Positions 44,183-53,135 of a DNA stretch of 64,000 bases are shown here, piece by piece. The notes beneath the pieces are model-generated. The model was not told where the DNA came from. It saw only the letters and a program-made list of their open reading frames with translations, and searched no databases. Source of the stretch: Escherichia phage SmurfNell; the sequence record OR896824.1. One strand, written 5' to 3'. Made by a program: the position numbers and the translations under genes. The number at the start of each line of letters is the position of its first letter. The first letter of the stretch is position 1.

Positions 44183-44460
44183 TTACAGAAATTTTAATTG
44201 GATTGCTGGTTCTCACGACTTTAGCAGCAATTGGTGGAATCATTGGCATTCTTAATGCTAATAAAAATATGGAGAGGATGCGCCTCACCAATGATGGGCT
44301 AGTTAAACGCCTTGTCGAACAGGAAGAAGATATCGAATTAGCCCAAAGACGTTCAGATCTCCTTAAAGAAAAGCTAATGAATATTGAAACTCTTGTTGGT
44401 AACACTAAACTTCCTATTAAAGTCCTGCGCGCTCAGGTAATCACGGAGATTAAGAAATGA
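44179..44460 (+). CDS. membrane-anchored hypothetical protein
   Basis: N-terminal TM helix followed by coiled coil. Confidence 0.45.
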   Translation: MITEILIGLLVLTTLAAIGGIIGILNANKNMERMRLTNDGLVKRLVEQEEDIELAQRRSDLLKEKLMNIETLVGNTKLPIKVLRAQVITEIKK

Positions 44461-44702
44461 TGTTAATTATCTTAGCTTTTTATCTGGTTATTGTTGGTGT
44501 TCTGGTTACTAAGTATCATACCTGGACCCCGAAGAACGTTGGTAAAGTAGCACTGTTTGTTCTGCCAGTTCCTATCATCATCGTTGCAATGCTGTTCACG
44601 ATGTTGGCTGGTAAAGTGACAAAAACTGACGTTAAACGCATTGTAGACGAACTACAGCAATCTTCTGACATGATCGAGGATATTCTGAAAGATGAAGCTT
44701 AA
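44457..44702 (+). CDS. small membrane protein
   Basis: Two TM helices. Confidence 0.45.
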   Translation: MMLIILAFYLVIVGVLVTKYHTWTPKNVGKVALFVLPVPIIIVAMLFTMLAGKVTKTDVKRIVDELQQSSDMIEDILKDEA

Positions 44703-45024
44703 TTTTAGTGAATTAACCCTGCTGGACGAGTTTCTAGGTTTTGTTACTGAACGTGGGTTTATTAATGTAGATCCTCAGACACTAGAAGTCTTGCAATCCA
44801 TCCAGAATAAAACTAAAACAGATCTGGAAGACTTATGGCGACCACTTTCTGAGCTAACTCCTCTTAATATGAAAGTGATTGTTAAAAATATTGAAACTGG
44901 TGAAGAACGTGAGATGGTTCGTAAAGAACTGGCTAATAGTTATTCTCCAGAGTCCCTAGTGATGCATCATGACGATGAACCAGAAACACTTTGGACAGCC
45001 CATTATATGTGGCGTCTGCCTTGA
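44692..45024 (+). CDS. hypothetical protein
   Basis: 110 aa ORF. Confidence 0.45.
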   Translation: MKLNFSELTLLDEFLGFVTERGFINVDPQTLEVLQSIQNKTKTDLEDLWRPLSELTPLNMKVIVKNIETGEEREMVRKELANSYSPESLVMHHDDEPETLWTAHYMWRLP

Positions 45025-45124
45025 TTGATTTAACAACTGTTACGGCAATCCTAATCTTCGGTTTAGTGGTTGCCGTTTTCATAATCGTTGAGCAGGCCAA
45101 AGTAATACGGAGACTTAAAAATAG

Positions 45125-45325
45125 ATGATTAATTTTTATAACCCTAACTTGCAGAAAGCAACGTGGGATTACTTTATAATTCTACCAGCTTTTATGTTAA
45201 GTTGTGCAATCATTAACATTATGTATCAAGAAGCTGGTTGGACAGTCCAAGATTTCCACATTTCACAAGTTCTTCCTTTCATGTATGAAGGCGTTATCGC
45301 AGCAATAAATGGAGTTCGTAAATGA
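45125..45325 (+). CDS. small membrane protein
   Basis: 66 aa with central hydrophobic segment. Confidence 0.35.
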   Translation: MINFYNPNLQKATWDYFIILPAFMLSCAIINIMYQEAGWTVQDFHISQVLPFMYEGVIAAINGVRK

Positions 45326-45789
45326 CAGCACTGCAAAGATTACAGAATTACTGGTTTGATGGCCAATTTAATGATTTATTCATCCAGTTGTTTGTCGAAA
45401 CGAACGGACGTTTTAATTACCGCTTCTTTAATACTTTCCATGAAACGAAGTTCTCGCATACAGAGATTAACGCAGCGATTCAAGATCTCACTGGTTCTAA
45501 GGTAATTCCTTATCGTGATGTAGATTTTGCACCTGACTGTTTTGGTTTTGAACTGTTTAAGAAAGCATATAAGTTCGGTAAGTTCGAAGATGCACGACAT
45601 TGGGTTCATGACTTCTGGTATAATACCGATATCGTCCCTAGCCGTGTACTGATCCTCAACTGGATTGCTAAACAACATCCGCCGAAGGCACAATCGGCAT
45701 TCCTTCCAACTGATACAGGAAATCTTTACCATGACACAAAAGAAAAATCCAGTGCTAGAGCAGATGAAGCAGTTGGAGAAGCAGATTGA
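45322..45789 (+). CDS. hypothetical protein
   Basis: 155 aa ORF. Confidence 0.45.
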   Translation: MTALQRLQNYWFDGQFNDLFIQLFVETNGRFNYRFFNTFHETKFSHTEINAAIQDLTGSKVIPYRDVDFAPDCFGFELFKKAYKFGKFEDARHWVHDFWYNTDIVPSRVLILNWIAKQHPPKAQSAFLPTDTGNLYHDTKEKSSARADEAVGEAD

Positions 45790-46114
45790 GGAAGGAAGCG
45801 TTGATGGACAGTCAATTGTCAATCATGCTTTTGATCTTACAGTAGGATGTGCTAATCCGCTGGTGGCAGGTGAAACAGCAGATATTCTTGGGCTTTTAAT
45901 GGCAGTTGGCCAGTTAATCGAGATTACCCAAGAAGAGCTAGACAATGATGAAGAAGTAACTGTTCATGATGTTCTTGGTGCTCTAGATCTGATTGTTAAT
46001 GCTTATGCCTATAAACGCCGCCACTCAATTGATGAATATCTAGTTTCTCGTGAGATTACCGAATCTCTTCTGGAAACTGCTGATATGGCCTTAAACGGCA
46101 AGCAACTTCACTAA
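45731..46114 (+). CDS. acidic hypothetical protein
   Basis: Internal ATG of track ORF 45665..46114. Confidence 0.35.
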   Translation: MTQKKNPVLEQMKQLEKQIEEGSVDGQSIVNHAFDLTVGCANPLVAGETADILGLLMAVGQLIEITQEELDNDEEVTVHDVLGALDLIVNAYAYKRRHSIDEYLVSREITESLLETADMALNGKQLH

Positions 46115-46158
46115 TCCTAGAGGCCAGGACTTAATTGTTCTGGCCTTTCGTGTATACT

Positions 46159-46677
46159 ATGAGAGATAAAATAAACGAATTACTTTATGAGGAAGCATTA
46201 CAGTTTCCCATAAATAGATTCACTAAATCAGATGGATCTATTAATAGAATTAAACTCAAACAACTTCATCCAGACTTCCAGCAAGATGCACTTAATCTAA
46301 TCTTTATCAGGAGAGCTGTAGAAGCACATGGTAAGTTCTTTGGATATGAAAGAGTTAAGTATAGAACTATGCAACAGCAGGTTGAGATCTATTGCCCAGA
46401 TCACGATGGTTACTTCTTACAAACTGCACGGTCTCACTTAGAAGGACATGGTTGCCGATTATGTGCTCATAAAGTTGTAACACGCTTAACAGAATATGGA
46501 GTGTATACCGTACCAGCACCTTTCCACAAATTTGTAGTTGACGGTGAGCACATAATTTGGTATAATAAAGATCAAAAGTTAAAACAGGAGTTAAAGAAAG
46601 ATGGAGTACGTAGTCTGGTCAAACCCCTTAGCTCTACTCTCCCACAAACTGTTCAAGACGACGTGGGGAAGGAATGA
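46159..46677 (+). CDS. hypothetical protein with Cys/His cluster
   Basis: CPDHDGYF...HGCRLCAH; ATG at 46159. Confidence 0.4.
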   Translation: MRDKINELLYEEALQFPINRFTKSDGSINRIKLKQLHPDFQQDALNLIFIRRAVEAHGKFFGYERVKYRTMQQQVEIYCPDHDGYFLQTARSHLEGHGCRLCAHKVVTRLTEYGVYTVPAPFHKFVVDGEHIIWYNKDQKLKQELKKDGVRSLVKPLSSTLPQTVQDDVGKE

Positions 46678-46887
46678 GATAATTGTTAACGAGAGTCCTC
46701 TTAATCATCAACATCCTTTAGTTCCAGCTCTCTACAAGATTATTATAAATGGTACAGGATACCTAGTAGATGATTTCGGTAAAGAGTTTGTACAAAAAGC
46801 CATAGACAACAATAACATTTCTATGGGCGAATTAATTAATAGAGCATCTAACTTTGATAAGAGTTGGATGTTAATTTGGAGTAACTA

Positions 46888-47121
46888 ATGGAATATGTAT
46901 TAATTATCTTAGCAATTGCATTAGTATTTGCTATTAACACTGCTGTGCATAAGACTCGTGAAGCCAATCAGGTTATTGACGATAACGTGAAGTTGCGTAG
47001 CAAAGTTACTAATCTCAAACAACAGCGTGAAGCTCTGAAGTTATTCGTGGCTCAAGGTAGCCTAGAGCATGCACCGGAAGACTTCATTGTTTATCTTAAA
47101 CGTTACATGGGAATCAAATAA
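46888..47121 (+). CDS. membrane-anchored hypothetical protein
   Basis: N-terminal TM helix VLIILAIALVFAI. Confidence 0.4.
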   Translation: MEYVLIILAIALVFAINTAVHKTREANQVIDDNVKLRSKVTNLKQQREALKLFVAQGSLEHAPEDFIVYLKRYMGIK

Positions 47122-47306
47122 TGGAAACATTACTTCTTATATTACTGGGCGGTTCACTCTTAACCATTCTAGGCTTGATAATTGTATGTAGTCGCCTCAA
47201 TGTTAAGAATCTAGAATTAGATAGTGAGAATCAGATTCTTAACCGAGAAATTAAACAACATAATATCGCAGCTCGTAAGCTGTTAGATAAACTGGAGAAT
47301 AGATAA
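47121..47306 (+). CDS. membrane-anchored hypothetical protein
   Basis: N-terminal TM helix LLLILLGGSLLTILGLIIV. Confidence 0.4.
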   Translation: METLLLILLGGSLLTILGLIIVCSRLNVKNLELDSENQILNREIKQHNIAARKLLDKLENR

Positions 47307-47917
47307 TGTTTACACAACAAACCATTAAAGTAGTTGCAGATCATGAACTCGACACATGGGATTACAGCTTTAAAGATCTGACTGCTACAGTACAGTTTAA
47401 ATCTATGCAACTGTCGTTTTTGCACATTGATCTTCAGGCTTGCAAAGAGTTTCAGGCTAAGCTCATGAATGCTCGTAAGATCTTTGGCACGGCTCGCATC
47501 CCGGCTGATAATCTGATTAATGCACTAATCGATGCTGGATACAAACTCGTGAAGACTGAGGTGAACCGCCCGAGTACTCCAGTAACTATTCGAGATCCGT
47601 GGCAGTCAGGGCCAATCGCAATGCTGAATAATTCTGATAAAAGATTAATGTCGGATTTGCACAATGTTCCGTGTGGTGGCGTGGTAAGTAATACGCAATC
47701 ATATAAGTTTGGGGAAGCATCTAGTGTAGACGAGTGGAATAAAGCTGGAGTTGCAATGATGAGTTTCGCAAAGGATCGCGGAGCACAGGAAGACTCCGGA
47801 GTTTCTAGGAATTCGTACACAATTCGTTTAAGCAATCCTAGCAAAGAAGGTGAGCTTGAAGAAATGTTAACGAAAGTATTCGAAGCTATTGATGCAGATA
47901 AGGCTAGAGGTCGTTAA
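47306..47917 (+). CDS. hypothetical protein
   Basis: 203 aa ORF. Confidence 0.5.
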   Translation: MFTQQTIKVVADHELDTWDYSFKDLTATVQFKSMQLSFLHIDLQACKEFQAKLMNARKIFGTARIPADNLINALIDAGYKLVKTEVNRPSTPVTIRDPWQSGPIAMLNNSDKRLMSDLHNVPCGGVVSNTQSYKFGEASSVDEWNKAGVAMMSFAKDRGAQEDSGVSRNSYTIRLSNPSKEGELEEMLTKVFEAIDADKARGR

Positions 47918-48648
47918 TGAAAGATTTGGCAGTAAAATTTAAGAATATTCTAGCCCTCGCTAAGGGGGCTGATCATCGCTGTTTCTCTGATCTAACCGCT
48001 GGGGAGAAACATGCAGTAATGTTTGTTTGTGAGATGTTCCCTGCTAGATGGGAAGGTGGTAAGATTAAGTATGATAACAAAGCTGCAAAAGCTGACCTTG
48101 CTTACTCTTACGTTGATATGAATAAACTTCTCAAGTCTTTAGACCCAACTGCTAAAGGCCACATGGGAAACTATATTCACGTTATTATTGATGAACCTCT
48201 CCCAGCTTATAGAGAAACATCCGCTAGAGAAGCATTAGAAGCATATCCAGAACAATTATACATTCCACCTAAGAAATGTAAGTTCGATCATCTTCCAACA
48301 TTAGCATTTGAAACTAGCATCACATTTGAAGATATTTATAGAACGATTGGAGCTGTAGTAGCACGGATTGCAGTGGCACATTATCGTGATATAGAACTTA
48401 CTACAGCGGAAGATTATATTCTATATGCTATTCATGATGAAAAGGATTCTTTCAAACGTTTAATGGATGCCCTAGGATTAGGTAGTCTCACTGCGCTTGT
48501 GCTTAACCAGGCTCCTAGAACCAAGCGTTATGCAAAAGGATCTATTACTCTCGAAGAAACAGGATCTACATCTTCATTCCTTGCTACATATATTTATCTA
48601 GCATCTAAAGGAATCTATCTAAAGGCTAGAAAGAATGTCACTATATAA
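47917..48648 (+). CDS. hypothetical protein
   Basis: 243 aa ORF. Confidence 0.5.
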   Translation: MKDLAVKFKNILALAKGADHRCFSDLTAGEKHAVMFVCEMFPARWEGGKIKYDNKAAKADLAYSYVDMNKLLKSLDPTAKGHMGNYIHVIIDEPLPAYRETSAREALEAYPEQLYIPPKKCKFDHLPTLAFETSITFEDIYRTIGAVVARIAVAHYRDIELTTAEDYILYAIHDEKDSFKRLMDALGLGSLTALVLNQAPRTKRYAKGSITLEETGSTSSFLATYIYLASKGIYLKARKNVTI

Positions 48649-48991
48649 AGTATATATTCTTGCAAATAGGGATCTGACGAAGATCCCTAAGAGAACAAAG
48701 ATCGGTATTAGTATGAATCCACATAATAGGATTCAAACACTAAACTTAGATAAGATAGTTTATCGAGGTTTTGACGATCTATATGTGTATGGAATCTATG
48801 AAACCCACAATCCTAGAGATCTAGAAGCCGCTGCACATATCTACTTTAAGAAATACCGCTGTAACTTAAAAGGATTCGAAGGATGCACAGAGTTCTTTGA
48901 TATTCACCCACAACTTGCAGAACGATTCCTATTAAATACAGGAGCCAAGAAGATTTACGAACCCAATATCAATCTCGAAGAGGATGTATAA
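48635..48991 (+). CDS. GIY-YIG-related (T5orf172-type) domain protein
   Basis: N-terminal YKVYILAN...KIGISMNPHNR resembles the GIY-YIG-like T5orf172 signature. Confidence 0.35.
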   Translation: MSLYKVYILANRDLTKIPKRTKIGISMNPHNRIQTLNLDKIVYRGFDDLYVYGIYETHNPRDLEAAAHIYFKKYRCNLKGFEGCTEFFDIHPQLAERFLLNTGAKKIYEPNINLEEDV

Positions 48992-49008
48992 ACGTTAACA
49001 AAATCTTC

Positions 49009-49038
49009 TTGACAACTCATTGTGGCACATGTTATAAT
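49009..49038 (+). promoter_or_regulatory. sigma70-type promoter (TTGACA-18-TATAAT) facing the repeat region
   Basis: Perfect hexamers; no ORF follows. Confidence 0.5.
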
Positions 49039-49078
49039 AATCTCATAGATTAAAAACAACTCTTGTTTTGAACTCTAG

Positions 49079-49190
49079 GGGCGATGATTATTACACTTAG
49101 TATTACGTCTATACGTTGCGACAGCACGAGTATAGATCTAATTACTAAGTCTTCCGTAATACTCACGCGCCCCACGGGTAAGCTCTCATG
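49079..49190 (+). other. large imperfect hairpin, candidate small RNA or processing/terminator structure
   Basis: Nested inverted repeats GGGGCG...AGTATTACG / CGTAATACT...CGCCCC and CTATAC/GTATAG, followed by T-rich tract. Confidence 0.3.
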
Positions 49191-49316
49191 AAATGGGGGC
49201 TACTTTACTTTTTATTTATATGAATATATTTAAAGGCAATATTAACGTTCAAGATGATACACCTGTTGCCGCTCATCTGCTAGGATGGCTCAACACTTTC
49301 TTCTAGACTCCTAAGT

Positions 49317-49420
49317 TTCTAGGAAAACTCTCGCCAACTCAGGCGGTTTTCATGTTCCTAGAAACTCCAGCAATAGGTGGTTTAATACAGGGCGGTTATA
49401 GGGAGGGCGGTTATTTCTAG
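49317..49420. repeat. short direct repeats (GGCGGTT-type and TTCTAGRAA-type)
   Basis: GGCGGTT at about 49333, 49390 and 49405; TTCTAGGA/TTCTAGAA at about 49317, 49356, 49415 and 49477. Confidence 0.45.
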
Positions 49421-49456
49421 GAGACATTTTTTGAAAACACATTTCTGGAAATTACT

Positions 49457-50059
49457 GTCGGATTTGCACACTGTGTTTCTAGAAATTTATGGTCGGATTT
49501 GCACATTGATAGGAGTCTCCAAAGTTTTTAGGAACACTGAAAATAGCAGCATTATTTCGGGCCGAAGGCCCATGTTTGCCTGAGTTTTTTAGAGTCCCAG
49601 GAATTTTCACTTGTCAAGCTATTTTGCCCCATTTTGCTAATAAAATTTCGCAGAATCTCCACTTATCTCAATTCTATCCAAAACATCCCACATTATCCCC
49701 AAAAACGCAGCAAACCGGTGCTGAAGCACCACTACAGCTGCACCCTCCATAGTTCCTCCCAAAAACCTCGTCGGATTCGCACTTCTCCCCAAACCCACAC
49801 AATCACACACCCTCTCATCGAAGTCACAAAAATATTCCTGAAACCATAAATCTGTCTCCTAGCAAACTCATGTCGTATTTGCACATATACGGCTGGATTT
49901 GTGCGCAGCACGAGTCTGCCCGAGTTTTTAGGAAAATTCATTGTCGGATTCGCACACTATAAAAATATTTGCCATCGGATTTGCACACTACCAAAAATTG
50001 TCGGATTCGCACATACACGCTGGCACGTAATCCGTGGGGGCAAATGTCGGATTTGCACA
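49457..50059 (+). repeat. iteron-like array: nine direct copies of 14 bp motif GTCGGATT(T/C)GCACA
   Basis: Copies near 49457, 49492, 49770, 49872, 49893 (degenerate), 49943, 49974, 50000 and 50046, all in the same orientation. Confidence 0.7.
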
Positions 50060-50095
50060 AAAGCGCAGGGCAAATAGAAAATGCCCTGCCTGCCG

Positions 50096-50258
50096 AAATG
50101 CAAATGATAATGAGATTGATTCGCATTTGAGAAGTTGAATGCGAATGCGAATGAGAATAGTTATCATTTGACTACCGGAATACGAATGAGAATGATTCGC
50201 ATTTAGGAAGGGAAACGCGAATGATAATGAGAATGATTCGCATTTAGGAAGCGAAGTG
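50096..50258 (+). repeat. three direct repeats of about 27 bp, GA(A/T)TGAGAATGATTCGCATTTAGGAAG-like
   Basis: Copies near 50108, 50184 and 50228; each contains inverted GCGAAT/ATTCGC arms. Confidence 0.6.
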
Positions 50259-50277
50259 AGAAACACTGTTATTTAAG

Positions 50278-50286
50278 TTATCCACA
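50278..50286 (+). promoter_or_regulatory. DnaA box (TTATCCACA)
   Basis: Exact match to the consensus DnaA box. Confidence 0.5.
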
Positions 50287-50368
50287 GGTTTATTAACAGC
50301 ACGATTTGACTTGACAAAATCCTAGCGATTTTGAGGCGTTTTCAACAGACTTATCAACAGGTTATTCT

Positions 50369-50386
50369 ACTGTATATTTATACAGT
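50369..50386. repeat. 18 bp palindrome ACTGTATATTTATACAGT (copy 1)
   Basis: Perfect dyad symmetry; core repeated at 54387. Confidence 0.6.
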
Positions 50387-50418
50387 ATTTCTGTGTAGTG
50401 AATAACTCTAATATAGCT

Positions 50419-50448
50419 CTAAAACGCTCTGTAACGCATTCTAACGCG
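50419..50448 (+). repeat. 30 bp direct repeat CTAAAACGCTCTGTAACGCATTCTAACGCG (copy 1)
   Basis: Near-identical copy at 54811-54842. Confidence 0.6.
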
Positions 50449-50533
50449 TTTATTTTTGGAGGAGGTATTTTAATAAGGGGAAATTTGTTTGCAGGCAGAA
50501 AAGGCGGGGCCAGATAGTTGCGCCCCGTTATTA

Positions 50534-50728
50534 TTAGTCTGGTAGTCGATGTGTGATCTTTTCGCTTTCGCCGTAGGAGTCTACCAAATGTTGATAGTAA
50601 CCATCGTTATCATAAATCACTTTATCATAATCGCCACGCTCCACCACTTGCCGATTTTCCCGCGTATCAGGCACAAAGAAAGTATCAACGGTAACAGTAG
50701 TTTTAGTTACAACAATTTTATCACTCAT
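50534..50728 (-). CDS. hypothetical protein
   Basis: 64 aa ORF, first gene of the minus-strand cassette. Confidence 0.4.
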   Translation of the reverse strand: MSDKIVVTKTTVTVDTFFVPDTRENRQVVERGDYDKVIYDNDGYYQHLVDSYGESEKITHRLPD

Positions 50729-50858
50729 AACGCCATCGCTCCTAGAATGAGAATGATTATCAATATCATTGTAAAGCCATTACCAAATCGTAAACGCTGG
50801 GAATGTTTCCCAGCGGTATTATTAGATTTATGGCTTTGTGTTTTTCGCCACCAGCTAT

Positions 50859-51071
50859 TCACGGTTTTAAATTCTCTATAGTTAATTTTGCGCGGATAGT
50901 AATTCCGTATAATTCGCCTCCCTTGTTTCTTACATCAGGTAGCCAGTCCCACAATTCAGGGTATCCGCTTAAAATTCCTAGCGATGCAAGATTAGCAATA
51001 AAACCGGCTATAGTAACCGCTTCCAGTGAAATAGTTACACGATTATTAATAACTAAAGTAAACTTTTTCAT
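50859..51071 (-). CDS. hypothetical protein
   Basis: 70 aa ORF. Confidence 0.4.
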   Translation of the reverse strand: MKKFTLVINNRVTISLEAVTIAGFIANLASLGILSGYPELWDWLPDVRNKGGELYGITIRAKLTIENLKP

Positions 51072-51412
51072 TGCGCCACCTTTCGAAACGCTGTTTCGAT
51101 ACTTTCAGCGGTTGATTGAATATACGCGCCTTTCATAATCAGGCGCTCCGTACATACTTTGCGGAAAATGTCAATAAATTCATTTTCATTTTCCGCTATT
51201 AACGCTTCCCCCATAACCTGAATATCGCATGAGTTAAAAGTAAGAAACTGAAAGGCAAGCTCGCGAGCGACAACGGCAGAAACTTTATAATGTGCTTTGC
51301 CTTCATAGATATTAACCACGCCTTTATAAACTGGTGAAAGCTGATTTAAATAGTTTGCTAACAATGCCGGACGGCAATTAGCAACAAAACGATTGCCCTC
51401 ATAAATAACCAT
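51068..51412 (-). CDS. hypothetical protein
   Basis: 114 aa ORF, translationally coupled to the downstream gene. Confidence 0.5.
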   Translation of the reverse strand: MVIYEGNRFVANCRPALLANYLNQLSPVYKGVVNIYEGKAHYKVSAVVARELAFQFLTFNSCDIQVMGEALIAENENEFIDIFRKVCTERLIMKGAYIQSTAESIETAFRKVAQ

Positions 51413-51521
51413 TTGTCAACCTCCTAAAGCTGGGAAAATATCATGTACATTTTTAAAACAAATGCGGCGACGGAACATACAACGCCAACGGTAGCAAACG
51501 CTAGAGCAATATATAAGGATC

Positions 51522-51734
51522 TCATAATACCCCACGAAACGCAGCGTAAAAAGTAGCAAAGTGTTTAACCGTTTCGGCTATCAAATTGCCACGCTTGTCA
51601 AATTTCTTTTCTGTAACACGGAAAGCGTTTTTGTTGCGTGCTACATATTCGATTTTACAATCTGGACGCTCGAACGTGTTAACATCCACCAGCTTAAAAC
51701 CTTTGTAACGGGCAAGGGAAACATTCTTTAACAT
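51522..51734 (-). CDS. hypothetical protein
   Basis: 70 aa basic ORF. Confidence 0.45.
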   Translation of the reverse strand: MLKNVSLARYKGFKLVDVNTFERPDCKIEYVARNKNAFRVTEKKFDKRGNLIAETVKHFATFYAAFRGVL

Positions 51735-51736
51735 TT

Positions 51737-51886
51737 TTATTCCCCTTTACCAGTCATACAGCCTAACAAGTAAGAAAACCCCGCGATACCTGCTCCAATA
51801 ATAACCACGTTAACGCCGAAAGCTATTACAAACAGTGATAAAATAGCGCCCAAGATACTAGCTAGAATAGATCGAAAAATAACCAT
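51737..51886 (-). CDS. small membrane peptide
   Basis: Hydrophobic ORF below the track cutoff, read from the minus strand. Confidence 0.3.
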   Translation of the reverse strand: MVIFRSILASILGAILSLFVIAFGVNVVIIGAGIAGFSYLLGCMTGKGE

Positions 51887-51932
51887 TTTATTAGCTCCTA
51901 GAAATTAGGGGATAATATACCCCCTTTATTAA

Positions 51933-52160
51933 TTACATTAAAACAATTTTTGCCGCTTGCTTTTTAGTGCAATGGTTAGCTTTCAATTCATCCAGCAAAA
52001 ATCCGGCGGTTTGCTGGTCAATCTTGTCATTGTCGTAAAGCCCCTGAATGGTAACATAAGTTTTACCTATGCCGAACTCAGAAACCATAACGCTGACAAT
52101 AGCGGGAACGGATACCCATTCCATACCGTTAAAAATTGCAGAAGATGATGAATGTACCAT
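51933..52160 (-). CDS. hypothetical protein
   Basis: 75 aa ORF. Confidence 0.4.
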   Translation of the reverse strand: MVHSSSSAIFNGMEWVSVPAIVSVMVSEFGIGKTYVTIQGLYDNDKIDQQTAGFLLDELKANHCTKKQAAKIVLM

Positions 52161-52209
52161 TTTAACGCCTCCTAGAAATCAGGGAAAATTTTCAACCCAC
52201 CGTTTCGGT

Positions 52210-52245
52210 GTAAAGGCATTATAACAAAAAAGGTCGCCATAATAG
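52210..52245 (-). terminator. rho-independent terminator (minus strand)
   Basis: AGGTCGCC...GGCGACCT hairpin with a T-run on the minus strand. Confidence 0.5.
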
Positions 52246-52267
52246 GCGACCTTTACAAAACTTTACA

Positions 52268-52762
52268 TTAGACTATTTCTAATGCTTCAACATTAAAACA
52301 GCGTTTTAGTTCTTTCTGTAAAACGGCATATTCATCCCAACGGGAATTATCAGGAATATAAACAAGCTGTTTTAATCGGTTTGCGTATAATAACGCCTTG
52401 TTACCAATTATTTCCGCGCCACCGTGTTTAATAATTAGTTTCATAACGGTATTAATAGGATCGCCACCATTTACATAAGTACCGGACTTACTCAATTGAT
52501 AATGATAAAGACTCGCATATACATTATCATTTTCAATCCATTCCCCTGTTTCTTCATCTTCTTCCCCATCGCTACCGAAACGAGAAGCATTATCATATGC
52601 GTGTTCGTTCGCGAAAGCGTCCAGATCACAGCCAGTGGGAACAAAATGTTCCTCCGTCCAGCCTTCCCCACAATAGCCAGTGTGACAATCAACTAAAACG
52701 ATCATATCGTGTTTAGCTTCACTCACACTTTCTAGCGAAAAGCCATATTTTTCTTCTGACAT
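52268..52762 (-). CDS. acidic hypothetical protein
   Basis: 164 aa, Asp/Glu-rich. Confidence 0.5.
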   Translation of the reverse strand: MSEEKYGFSLESVSEAKHDMIVLVDCHTGYCGEGWTEEHFVPTGCDLDAFANEHAYDNASRFGSDGEEDEETGEWIENDNVYASLYHYQLSKSGTYVNGGDPINTVMKLIIKHGGAEIIGNKALLYANRLKQLVYIPDNSRWDEYAVLQKELKRCFNVEALEIV

Positions 52763-52775
52763 AATTAGTCTCCTA

Positions 52776-53084
52776 TTAATTAGCAGGGAAATAAAGAGAA
52801 TTTGCTACACCGTAAAACCCTTTATTCAAGAAAATTACGTCATCACGGACTATTTCATCCACTCCATAATCCAGCAAAGTTTCACCTGCAAAAATACATA
52901 GCCAGCCATAACCACGATCAAAGAAAGCATGATAATTATTAGCGCTTTCTACATGTTCCCATAAAAAGGGACGCCCTTGCTTTTCCCATACAGGAATATT
53001 GATTTTATCATCTGAATAATTAACGTGGGGGCTATTCGGCATTTTTTCGGCTAATTGCGTCAACATGATTTGATTCAGTTGCAT
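52776..53084 (-). CDS. hypothetical protein
   Basis: 102 aa ORF. Confidence 0.5.
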   Translation of the reverse strand: MQLNQIMLTQLAEKMPNSPHVNYSDDKINIPVWEKQGRPFLWEHVESANNYHAFFDRGYGWLCIFAGETLLDYGVDEIVRDDVIFLNKGFYGVANSLYFPAN

Positions 53085-53135
53085 AATAAGTAGTCTCCTA
53101 ACAATTAACAGGGAAATAATCCCCGCTAGTAATTA

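Noticed and set aside
46601-46888. 95 aa ORF overlapping the 3' end of gene 46159..46677 by 77 nt
   Set aside because: The overlap is long and no RBS precedes the ATG; it may be real with a later start, but I could not support it.
49457-50059. Possible CRISPR array, given the regularly recurring GTCGGATTTGCACA motif
   Set aside because: Repeats are only 14 bp, irregularly spaced (22 to about 280 bp), with no uniform spacer length and no cas genes; iteron-type binding sites fit better.
52268-52762. Direct assignment of the acidic protein as ArdA
   Set aside because: Only a vague resemblance to the ArdA N-terminus and no recognisable motif; kept as a hypothesis in the findings, not as an annotation.
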